Assembly (NCBI RefSeq): GCF_006345805.1
Contig: NC_043003.1
Coordinates: forward strand, 84,940,001-85,004,000
Direction of reading: 5' to 3'
DNA length: 64,000 bases
From: Octopus sinensis
Lineage: Eukaryota
Shown here: positions 1-10,745 of the stretch, piece by piece
Layout: each line of letters begins with the position of its first letter
Numbering within the stretch: position 1 is the first letter of the stretch
Notes under the pieces: model-generated
The model's input: only the letters and a program-made list of their open reading frames with translations
What the model was told of the DNA's origin: nothing
Databases searched by the model: none
Translations under genes and position numbers: made by a program

Positions 1-242
1 AGAGCTAGAACTGAAAATTGTGGAAGAAGTAAAACATTTCAGGTGAATGTTTGATTGAATTTACGGTCATATGAATGGCCTGAATATAGAATTTTCTAGA
101 AAAATTGTAAGTGAAGAAATCTTATACAGTTCGTGAAACTTATATTTCATCAAGTACTCTTATTGTAATCATCAATGAAATCATTTTCAAGAATGGAGAA
201 CATAATGAAAATTTCAAAATTACAAAATATAAATTTAAGTAG

Positions 243-260
243 TCACAAAATTACACGCAC
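243..260 (+). CDS. Candidate 18-nt phase-1 micro-exon A1 (xTKLHAx)
   Basis: AAG-TAG tandem acceptor ending at 242, GTAAGT donor at 261. Homologous copy at 1918-1935. With the alternative 21-nt AAG acceptor, only the phase-1 frame is open in both copies. Weak pyrimidine tract. Confidence 0.4.
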
Positions 261-644
261 GTAAGTGTAGATTCTGCACATTGTCGCAAATTGTAAAACT
301 GTTTTGAAATTAAGTGTTTATAGATTGCTTTTTGTAAAGCTCGTTTTATTATATTGCTTTATAACTGAAAACAAATAGTTATAGTTATGCATGGTTTTGG
401 AGAATATGTAGCAGTTGAACGAATCATACCATCATCTGACAACATTAAAGCTATGCACTACAGCTATATAGCTGTCCATGACATTGATATTACATGAATT
501 AGTATTAAATGAAACGATGACATGCGATTGAATATATTATTAAGCATAAAAATGATACACTGTATATTCATAACATCTATTATGGAAAATGACCTTGTAA
601 TTTGATTTTCTTTGTATACTAATACGTATTTTATGTATTTCTAG

Positions 645-674
645 TCCCAGTCACTACTACTAACACTCCAAAAG
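645..674 (+). CDS. 30-nt phase-1 micro-exon B1 (xPVTTTNTPKx)
   Basis: tatttctAG acceptor, GTAATT donor at 675, length divisible by 3, Thr/Pro-rich. Flanking introns conserved with copies at 1361 and 2575. Confidence 0.7.
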
Positions 675-1360
675 GTAATTGATGCTTATATATAATTATG
701 TAATTACTCAAAAAATGTTATAATTATAATATTCAATAATTTATTCATAATTTCTTGATGTAACCGCAAGGGAGAATCTTTAACAGGTATAACAAATTCT
801 TAAGCAGCTCGTCATCTGTCTCCTTTCGGTATGTCTTGAAATGCCGCCTACATTATCATTGCATTACCTCCTGTTGTAGGCGGTAAAATAAATTTGCACT
901 GAACTATTTGGTTTCATGTAAACTATTGAACAGATCCCCAAGAAAATTACTGGACCTCTGCCCATGTTTGCAGCACATAATTTAAAATATGTAATTAACA
1001 AAACGAATAATATTTATTTGATATTAAATACGGATATTATATGCCGTGTTCCTTTTTTCGATGTTGAAGGTGAGGTAAATATACTTATCATAGTTATGTC
1101 ATTGCATTTCAATTACTGTTGGTAGTGCTAATGCATTAAACGATTTTCATTGGAAAGCACATTTATTTTCATCTTAATATATAGTCGTCCATATAAATTA
1201 TATTATATAAAATAGTATGGAAACAAATTATAGCATGCGATTGCAGAAATTATTTGAGTAATCATAAAAAGTTATATAATATATTTCAAATATTTATTAC
1301 AGAATATGAATTTGCAATGAGATTTGTTTGTATAATAATATGTATTTTAAATATTTTCAG

Positions 1361-1390
1361 ACAATAGATCAGCAGGTGGAGGTGTACCAA
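1361..1390 (+). CDS. 30-nt phase-1 micro-exon C (xNRSAGGGVPx)
   Basis: atattttcAG acceptor, GTAAGT donor at 1391. GC-richer than its flanks, and the intron context is homologous to B1/B2. Confidence 0.75.
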
Positions 1391-1917
1391 GTAAGTGATG
1401 CTCATATATAAATAAGTTAATTTTCAAAGAATTTTATAATTAAAATATTCATCGCCTTATTGTTAGATTCTTGAAGTAAGCAACTGACAGAATATTCAAC
1501 GTGTCGCCAAAATTTTGTGTTGATCATCTCTTTCTTTTCGGTTTACGTTGAAAACTAAGTGGAACAGAAGATTACGTGCTTCACGGACATTGTCTCTAAG
1601 AAATATTTATTACTGATTTGGATAGAAAGCCAAGAATGATAATAGATTTACGATAATTGATCAAAACTTGAAATGAAATTGTGTAAGAAAGAAAAAGTTT
1701 CAGGTGAACGATTGATTGAAATTTTGATGATAAAGTATTTACATTCATATGAATGGCGTAAAATATAGAATGTTCCGGAAAAACTTTGAAGAAATCTGAT
1801 CCAGTTTATGAACGATATATTGAATCAAAACTCTTACCGTAATCACCAATAAAATATTTTTCAAGAGAGGAGATTATTATGAAAATTGTAATGTTTCAAT
1901 GCATGAATTTTAAGCAG

Positions 1918-1935
1918 TTAGAAAATTACACGCAT
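1918..1935 (+). CDS. Candidate 18-nt phase-1 micro-exon A2 (xRKLHAx)
   Basis: AAG-CAG tandem acceptor, GTAAGT donor at 1936; paralog of 243-260. Confidence 0.4.
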
Positions 1936-2574
1936 GTAAGTTTAGATATTGTTATGAATTTAAAAATAGTATTGAAACTTACGTGTTTTTAAAATTACAT
2001 TTAGAAAACCTAGTTTTACTATATTGCTTTATAATTTAAAGGATATAGTTAGTTATACATCAGTTTGGGAACTATGAAATAGTTGAACAAATCATAACCT
2101 TCTGTGACAACATCAAAACTGTGCATACCAATAGCATGCTTTATATCTCAGTGCTATAATCTTCATTTATTAAGACATCTTTTGTATGATGAATAGCAAA
2201 CAATTTGGCAATGAATCCCGATATATATCTGATAAAGTCATGCAATGAGTATCCTGCATAACGTAAACCGTCAGTTAGTGGTACTGGTATATCCTTATAC
2301 CGATCTACCTTGTAGTATAAGGTAAATAACTTTGATAAATTCACGCTAAAACTGGATGTCGTCTCTTTCATATAATCCGAAATAGGTAATAAACAAAAGT
2401 AGCAATATTTATTGTATATTAAATGCTAATAATATATTCCGTGTGCATGCTATTGAAATTATTATTAGAGGAAACATAAAAAAGGTATGTTGTATATCTA
2501 TAGTATCTATTATTGAAAATGACTTTGTAATCAGATTTTCGTTGTATAATAATATGTATTTTATATATTTCTAG

Positions 2575-2604
2575 ACATAACCAATCCTACTACACATAAA
2601 AAAG
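2575..2604 (+). CDS. 30-nt phase-1 micro-exon B2 (xITNPTTHKKx)
   Basis: tatttctAG acceptor, GTAACG donor at 2605; paralog of B1. Confidence 0.7.
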
Positions 2605-2705
2605 GTAACGGATGCTTATATATAATTACGTTAATACTCCAAAAATTTTGTAATTATTATATTCGTGTTTTTATTCATAATTTCCTGAGGCAGAATCTTT
2701 AAAAT

Positions 2706-2790
2706 GTATAAGATTCCTAAGAGGTATAAGATTCCTCAGTGGTATAAGATTCCTCGTATAAGATTCCTAAGAGGTATAAGATTCCTCGTC
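2706..2790 (+). repeat. Local minisatellite, 5 copies of GTATAAGATTCCT with short spacers
   Basis: Directly visible; the homologous site in unit 1 (about 786) has a single diverged copy. Confidence 0.85.
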
Positions 2791-3535
2791 ATTTGGTTCC
2801 CTTCGGTATGCGTTGAAATGCTGCTGAGATTATCATTGCATTACCTCCTATCGCAGGCGGTAAAATAAAGTCGTACTCAACTATTTGGTTACATGTAAAT
2901 GATTGAACAGGTATCCCACAAAATTGCTGTGTCTGTGCCCATATTTGAAGCAATTCATAGTTTCAATACGAACTATTATAAAAATACGAAGCTATTTATG
3001 TTTAAAAATGTAAATATGAAATGCTGTCAACCAATATGTTTTGATGTATATTGCTATATATTGATACATGTCTGAAAGTTACTTTAAAGAATGTTACATG
3101 TTACATTGGTCAGAACATTGATGTATAATTTATCGTAAACCAGTGATTGAAATTTGAGAATACTTCGAGGTATAGAAAATGACATGCATCACAAACATTG
3201 CCTCAAATAAATATTTATTATTGACATGGATATGCTCTCTCAGGTTTGGAAGTAGATAGTATAACGAATGGAATAGAAAGCCAATTATGATAATAGATTT
3301 GCGATAATTAAGCTGAGCTAGAATTGAAATTCTGTAAGAAATGAAAAGGATTTAGGTGAATGATTGATTGAATCATTTACGGACATATGAATGGGTTGGA
3401 TTATAGACATTTCGAGAATGATTGTAAGTGAAGAAATCTCACCCAGTTGTGAAAGTTATATTTCTTGAAGAACTCTTACCGTAATCGTTAATGAAATCAT
3501 TTTCAAGAAAGGAGATAATGAAAGTAATTACAAGG

Positions 3536-3915
3536 TTTGTATCCGCTAATTTTTCCTCCCTTCTCCCTTTAGTCGTCATATTGCTTGGTGTGGTGGTGGG
3601 TGTTATTGTTTCATTCGTTTCTTTCTGTTGTGGCTCGGTGTGTCTATTGCTATGTGTGTTGCCTTCGTGATCTGAGTGTCGTGTCAGTTCTATGTGTTGA
3701 TAATACCTTAACCTCTATGTTATTAACCGAACCTCTATGGTCTGCTTGAGCATTTTGATAGAGCACTGATGAGCTTTTCTCTTCTTTGAGCTCCCGCTCA
3801 TCTATACTACATGCTGTCTCTTCAATGTAAGTAGTTGTCTTGTTTCTGCACCGTCCTTCAGTATATCGTAAGCCATATACTATATTCCTAAACTTGCAGT
3901 TAACTTGTGGTCTCA
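3536..3915 (-). mobile_element. Probable retroelement/repeat fragment interrupting tandem unit 3
   Basis: Abrupt end of unit homology at about 3535, higher GC, 88-codon ORF. Family not recognised. Confidence 0.35.
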
Positions 3916-4314
3916 TCCAATATTCTATACAACTATTTTCCGTACATGGGGACCTATTGAATGGATAAGTTCTACAGATCAGGGATTTTGTGGGGCTCCA
4001 GACCTTTCTACTACTTTAAACCACAAAATCCCTGATCTATATATCTTATCATTTGAACTCTATAAAGTAAGTGATTTCCGGCCTTGTAACTATATTAGAA
4101 AGGATTTAGTTGGTGGAATGAATTTTTTAACAGCTGAACATAAGGTCTTTAATATTAATATAGATGTCTAAAAATGTAGTATATATTTACTTGATTGTGA
4201 AAAAATCTATTTCAAACTATAAAACATCTAATATCAATTATGCTATTTATTATAAAGCAGATTATGGTAATGATGTTTTTATATAGATATAAATATTATT
4301 ATTAAGCGAATTTT

Positions 4315-4515
4315 AAGCGGCGGCTGGCAGAATCGTTAGAACGCCAGGGAAAATATTTAGCGGTGTTTCTTACGTCCTGAGCTCTAATTCCGCCAAGGTC
4401 GACATTACATTTCATCCCTTTCGGGATCGATGAAATAAGTACCAGTTACGCACTGGGGCCGATGTAATCGATTAGCCCCCAACCCCGAAAATTCAGACAT
4501 TGTGCATATAGTAGG
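4315..4515 (+). mobile_element. Octopus tRNA-derived SINE, family A (ggcggcgagctggcagaa...tttcatcctttcggggtcgataaa...)
   Basis: A-box-like TGGCAGAATCG, central ttcatccctttcgggatcgatgaaataagtacc motif; many copies in the window. Confidence 0.85.
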
Positions 4516-5405
4516 AAGAATTATCAAACGGATTTTACAATCATATTTAGAAGAATAGTTTTGGTTGCGTTTCTCGAAACGTTTCCGTTGAAACTACAAA
4601 AATACAATTTAAGATTGAGAATTAGTTAGGTATACCTCCAAAATCACTTATGAAGATGGATGCATCAGCCGTTAGTGACAGTTTTTTGCTGATGTCTGGA
4701 CTTGGTGAAATGTGTTTATGAATGAACAGTGTGAAGTGTCATTCTTACAATCCAGTCATACAAAATATTATGATAGGAACATTATACGCACAGTCTTCAG
4801 CTGTGTTAAGTTACATGCTTTCTATCGATGAATTGAATTTATACTACAAGTTAAATATATTTTGTGTATCGAATGGACGTCTTAATATTCATCATATGTT
4901 ATGCAGATCGATTGCGAGATATCAGAAATTTCTATCGTTCTCATGCTGTCTCCTCCTTGAATAGGATTGTCATATATTTTGAGGAATTATTCATCATATG
5001 ATAATGGCATGAGTTGACACGGTAGTTACGTTTACGGTGAACCAGTGTGTAATTTCTTTCGTATAGTTTAAGGTCGAAAAATTATGAAATGAGCAATACT
5101 TTCTCAATTTTCATGTCTGTTTTAACTCTATGTGTTTCGCCTAGATATATGATAAACTAAATATCATCCGTATTGTACATGGCCTCATGGTAACATATTG
5201 CATTTTAGAAATATTGACTGGACATTTACGGGGTTTTTGTTCATGGTTCTTATTTGAGTATATTTGCCACATATTATAATTAATTATTTTACCGTATGAT
5301 ATATAATCTGAAACATTATGAGACAAAACAGAAATATATATTTGTAATATGTCTTATTAAATAGCGTTTCATAGTTTGAACATAACATGTATCTGCATTT
5401 TCCAG

Positions 5406-5441
5406 GGACTAGTGCTGCTGCAAGCTTTGAAAACCCAAAAT
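5406..5441 (+). CDS. 36-nt phase-1 exon D (xTSAAASFENPKx), putative GPI omega-site region
   Basis: gcattttccAG acceptor, GTAAGT donor followed by aatgcttata (same motif as gtaagtgatgctcata and gtaattgatgcttata after C/B1). Contains a small-residue cluster S-A-A. Confidence 0.7.
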
Positions 5442-5628
5442 GTAAGTAATGCTTATAAATGCATGTACTATTATCCTTTATATCTTACAGTCGTGTTGTT
5501 CATAATTTCGTTAATGGATTCATTAATATCTTTAATAATAATACTAAAATATATCAGATGTTATTTATATATCAGATGTTATTAAATATAACTGCTACAA
5601 AAAAAATCTATTGCTATTTATTTATATA

Positions 5629-6013
5629 GTGGAAGCACTCCGTCGGTTACAACGATGAGGGTTTCGGTTGATCCGACCAACGGAACAGCCTGCTCGTGAA
5701 ATTAACGTGTAAGTGGCTGAGCACTCCACAGACACGTGTACCCTTAACGTAGTTCTCGGGGATATTCAGCGTGACACAGAGAGTGACAAGGCCGGCCCTT
5801 TGAAATACAGGTACAACAGAAACAGGAAGAAAGAGTGAGAGAAAGTTGTGGTGAAAGAGTACAGCAGGGATCACCACCATCCCCTGTCGGAGCCTCGTGG
5901 AGCTTTAGGTGTTTTCGCTCAATAAACACTCACAACGCCCGGTCTGGGAATCGAAACCGCGATCATACGACCGCGAGTCCGCTGCCCTAACCACTGGGCC
6001 ATTGCGCCTCCAC
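5629..6013 (-). mobile_element. Full-length tRNA-derived SINE, family B, with 10-bp TSD
   Basis: Minus-strand head has A box TGGCCCAGTGG and B box GGTTTCGATTCCC. Flanking direct repeat TATTTATATA at 5619-5628 and 6014-6023. Confidence 0.9.
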
Positions 6014-6643
6014 TATTTATATATACATGTGGTTGAAACTTGCTTTGATGAAAATATTATGTAGAATTTTGAGAATAATTTCTTGACATGATAGTGAATT
6101 ATTGATTGAAGCAATATATCAATATGAAATAGTGGAAGTTGCACATTACTCTCATTGAATCTAATAGATATTAACTTCGGACATCTACATCGTGTTAAAA
6201 TTTAGTAAACCTATAGTATAGTCTACAGAATAGATAGAAATCTATAGCTTTTAATTAATTCATATGCACTAAAATTTAAAGTGTGGTCTATGAGTGAGTA
6301 GATCAAATGAATTTTTTAACTTCTGAACAATAAGCATATAGTCGTAATGTGGATATGATTTTTGTTCTCAAAATATCTTTCAAACTATAAGACATTTAAT
6401 ATATTTGATTTACGTTTACTATAAATGCCAATGAAATCATTTACTCCATAATAGATTAAAAGGAAATTTTAAGAATTATAAAAATTCTAACTGGGCCCCA
6501 CCTGCACGACATATGTACACGACATATGGTTGTAATGCATGCGCCTCATGTACCCTTATCAGACGGGGATTTATGATGGGTATATTGGACTTCGTATATT
6601 CTACCACATTGTTACTTTGTTGGCATGCACTGCTCTCTAATTC

Positions 6644-6702
<59 letters not shown>

Positions 6703-6712
6703 CAACAACAAT
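6644..6712. repeat. (AAT)n/(AAC)n microsatellite
   Basis: Direct. Confidence 0.95.
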
Positions 6713-6713
6713 A

Positions 6714-6812
6714 AAGGCCTGAAATTGGGGGAAGGGGGATAGTCGACTACATCGACATCTGTATTCAACTGGTACTTAATTTATCGACCCCGAAAGGATG
6801 AAAGTCAACATC
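6714..6812 (-). mobile_element. SINE family A fragment
   Basis: ttatcgaccccgaaaggatgaaa core. Confidence 0.8.
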
Positions 6813-6821
6813 TTCTTCCTC

Positions 6822-6891
<70 letters not shown>

Positions 6892-6914
6892 CATTATTAT
6901 TATTATTATTATTA

Positions 6915-6966
<52 letters not shown>
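6822..6966. repeat. (TTA)n microsatellite
   Basis: Direct. Confidence 0.95.
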
Positions 6967-8130
6967 GACATAGTCTTAGAGAAAAATATCAGGAAATGTA
7001 TCATGATATGTTTCCATATATTACTCACAGTGTCGCATAAATTTTATAGGGGTAGATAACACACTATATTCCAATATATTAATGTTTAATAGTTCAGTTT
7101 ATATAATACATGTGTGTGTGTGTGTATTAGGCATGTAAGTATCAATAAATAGTCCAAAAAATTATTACGCTTTATTATTTCTTTAATGAAATTGCTTTAG
7201 GATAATCTATGCAATCTAATACCCCTAATTCTAATACTGATTTACTGAAAAAAAGTGTGTATTGTAAATAAGGATATACAGTAAATTCAATTACAATATG
7301 CAGGAGAGTGTCATTGGACCTACTATCGCAACACCTAGGACACTTATTTCTGACATTGTAAAAATTTTACACAGTAAGGAATTTGCAGTAAGGTGAATGA
7401 ATTGGTCAGCAGTCGACGATAAGCTTGAATTTAACATTTAAATCAGTCTCCTTCATTGAGGATATGTTAAAGTGAATGAAAATGGACTAGGATATTAATA
7501 TGTCAGTACTAAGAGGCCAAAGGAAATATCACATCCAGAAATAACAAGAAGTGCAGATCCTGGCTTATGAAATATAAGTGTATTATCAGTTTACTAAAAT
7601 GATGAATTGTTTATTACTATTTAATTGATATAATAATTTGTATGTGTGTATATTTAGATCGACTCCTTTCATTCGTATAGTAATTTCTTGAAAATAAAAA
7701 TAAAATTACGCATAATAATATTATTAATCAGTGCAAATTGCAGTCATAATATGCAAAATTGAATAGATAGACAAATTAACATCATTCATAGAAGATATGA
7801 AATTGCATTGTTTAAGGACATGCCATATTTATATCGCCGTAGAAACGTAAATAGCTCAACAATACATACGATATTAAAGCGATCTAATCTTGCCTAACCA
7901 GCATAGTTTCCATCAGGAAACAGTCGTAAACGCACATATACACGTCTCCAGCATCTGTTTATTAATAATCAAAGTGAATTCACTCTTCAGAGTGAATACT
8001 CTAAACATCAGGTATACCATCTAACAAGCACTTATCTAAGGAAAATATAATGAGCTCAACGTTATCAGCTTCAAGAGGCATTACAATCAAGCCTCTATTC
8101 CTTTATGTGTAGAAACAGAAAAACATTCTA

Positions 8131-8384
8131 TTGGGTTGGTGCATAATTATTGCGGGGTTTTTTTTCCAACAAACTTTATTCAACAAAAAAATGACAATAT
8201 TTAACAAAAACATCTTTAAATGACGGTCTGACCGTCTGCCAAGCAAACGGGAAGCAGTAATTGAAGTAGATGGTGAATATGCTCCGGAATAATCATTTAA
8301 AGATGTTTTTGTTAAATGTTGTTATTGTTTTTGTTGAATAAAATTTGTTGAAAAAAACCCTGCAATAATTACGAACCAACCCAA
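8131..8384 (+). mobile_element. Internally deleted mariner element (MITE-like)
   Basis: TA at both ends, TIR TTGGGTTGGTGCATAATTATTGCGG (similar to Hsmar1/MADE1), about 95-bp imperfect inverted arms, residual transposase C-terminus DRLPSKREAVIEVDGEYAPE*. Confidence 0.9.
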
Positions 8385-8685
8385 TACTTATTATGGTTCA
8401 TCTGAAAGCTCAGGTACCAATTTATACCATAGCTTGGAATATTGTTGATACAACTACAACTTATTTCAACAAAGATTTGTCTATCTTGAAAGTTCTAGAT
8501 ACTGAAACAGTCTATAATATCCCGCAGTAGTAATTATAAGGATTTTTCAATATGTTGATTGATGCTGTTTATCCTAAACAAGGTAACAGAGAGTCGAGAA
8601 AATTATGATTAGGAACTACGTAGAGTAAACTCTTTTGCTTATTTATACACATAATGCATACCTATATATCATTCAGTCATTCATT

Positions 8686-8885
8686 CTACCTACCTACCTA
8701 CCTACCTACCTACCTACCTACCTACCTACCTACCTACCTACCGACCTACCTACCTACCTACCTACATACATACATACATACATACATACATACATACATA
8801 CATACATACGTACATACATATATACATGCATATATACATACATACATGCATGCATACATACATACATACATACATACATTCATAC
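8686..8885. repeat. (ACCT)n followed by (ACAT)n microsatellite
   Basis: Direct. Confidence 0.95.
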
Positions 8886-9367
8886 ATTATGGAAGTCGAC
8901 TCGTGACATGATAAAACTGCTTTCTAAACCCATTTGAGTCTAAGAAATATCTTAAGTTTTGTCTCTCCATCGCTAATGACGTATCATATGACTCCTAAGG
9001 CCTGCAAGAGACCTACAAGTCATTCCTCACCGATCACAAGTCAGCCATTTAGCAATAGCCCGACCAATGGGTGTTGGGATCTACAATGCCAATAGAGTCC
9101 ATTGGCTGACCCACATATTCTACTAAAGACGGTGCACAAGAGAACATAATGGATTTGTAGACGGGCCACCTTCATAATCCCACTTGTTATTGAGTAGGCC
9201 TGCCTTTGAGAAGCTGACACGACTGCGCTGGTCACGCAAAAATATTTGTTTCGTACCCTTCTCAGAAAGAGAGTTCACATGCTTCATATATTTACCAGCC
9301 CGTTTCGATTGAATGTATGCAAACCATCCATTCATCCATCCATCCATCCAGTCAGCCAGCAAGCCAG

Positions 9368-9469
9368 CCATACATACATACATACATACATACATACATA
9401 CATACATACATACATACATACATACATACATACATACATACATACATACATGCATGCATACATACATAC
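9368..9469. repeat. (ACAT)n microsatellite
   Basis: Direct. Confidence 0.95.
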
Positions 9470-9915
9470 AGGGTGGATGTAAAGTCGTATGATCATCATC
9501 GACAATTAATCTTGTTCCTAGACTTTAAGCACAATGGATGTCAGCAATTTCTGTGTTGAAATTAAATTCAATAACAACTTGCACAACACCGCAAAGACTC
9601 ACCTACAAAGCCAAGTACTCTAGAAACAGGCAAGAGCAAGGTCTCTGGCTTTGTAATAAGGAAAGTGTAATTTGGGAGTAGTCTTTTGTCCAGTCAACAT
9701 CCCAGATATTCCTCATTTCTTGCTCTGAGTTGTTTGAAATGAATAAATGAAGCACTGTTTCTGAATAATACAATGCTTACTCATTAAACCTCACTCTATC
9801 TTATAAATTATCGTCGGATCCTTTTTATGCTTTGACTGAATTACATGTAAAGCGAATGAATATATCTTCTGTTTTATTTAATTATTGTATCAAATTTTAT
9901 TTTATTTCATTTTAG

Positions 9916-9980
9916 ATGTGCAAATTCCTTTGACAAGTCTTCTGGCTTTGTTGACCTCGGCGATTTTGGTTTTTAATTGA
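9916..9980 (+). CDS. Terminal exon E (YVQIPLTSLLALLTSAILVFN*), GPI-signal-like hydrophobic tail
   Basis: Strong acceptor tttatttcattttAG. Phase-1 reading gives 20 mostly hydrophobic residues then TGA, in frame with exon D. Confidence 0.65.
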
Positions 9981-10250
9981 AGAACACTTACAGAATACCA
10001 AGCACATTAAGAATACATTTGTTTAAATTTTATCCTTAATTTTCTATCAGTTATGATTTTCAAAAATTAATATATGCTACTTCTAATATTGATTTTATTT
10101 GGCTAGACATGAATTGAAGTGACGAGGGAGTCAGTAAAAGTAACTCCAGTGTATTATTGATAGTTTTTTTTTACAGACTCACTGAAGGATAAATGAAATT
10201 TATTGCAGCAGAGTTTTCAACTAAAAGAAATGAGATACCGAACTATATAG

Positions 10251-10256
10251 AATAAA
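10251..10256 (+). promoter_or_regulatory. Candidate polyadenylation signal of the micro-exon gene
   Basis: AATAAA about 270 nt after the exon E stop codon. Confidence 0.3.
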
Positions 10257-10561
10257 ACATCCAGTTCGGTGTTTACTGTGACCTACTCTCAAACATGTTC
10301 CTTTTACTACAAATTTTGGAGCCAGCGGCGAAAGGGGAACTCTATGTGGTCACTTGATTTGCTGGAAATAGCAACCAAGTTTTTTCATGTTCCACTGTCT
10401 TACAAAACCCATTATATAATGAGGTCCTATACTAAATGGTCAAGATTGGAACATCTTTCATCATATGGCTGCTCAGTCATTTCTAAACTGGAGGGAAGCA
10501 ACAAGCTAATATTGATCACTAGACACACTTACAAACACACTATCTAAATTAATTTCAAATT

Positions 10562-10745
10562 TAGGTACAAGGCCAGCAATTTCGAGAGAAGTAGGTTAGT
10601 CGATTACGTCAGTACATGACATATTCTTTATTTTATCTACTTTAGAGGAATGAAAAGACAAGTTTGCCTTGGTTACAGACATAAAAAATCGGAACAAATC
10701 CTTTGCAGGAATTGTTTCGACGCATTGACGATTCTGTCAATCCAT
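10562..10745 (-). mobile_element. Degenerate SINE family A
   Basis: aggccagcaatttc...tagtcgattac...atgaaaagacaa similarity to the other copies. Confidence 0.55.

Larger units (their letters stand above)
1..3535 (+). repeat. Diverged tandem duplication, about 1.65 kb period (2 units plus a truncated third), carrying the micro-exons
   Basis: The block (ga)gctagaa.tgaaa...caggtgaa...ctcttaccgtaatc...ttttcaaga recurs at about 1, 1660 and 3315. Confidence 0.85.

Noticed and set aside
4002-4066. Possible exon ending at GTAAGTGAT (4067)
   Set aside because: 65 nt, phase 1 to 0, would break the frame of the cassette series; acceptor lacks a pyrimidine tract and overlaps a hairpin.
5935-6013. tRNA-like sequence with A and B boxes
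   Set aside because: Head of a SINE with a body and TSD, not a tRNA gene.
7304-7372. Possible exon between D and E
   Set aside because: Phase-1 frame hits TAG; incompatible with its neighbours.
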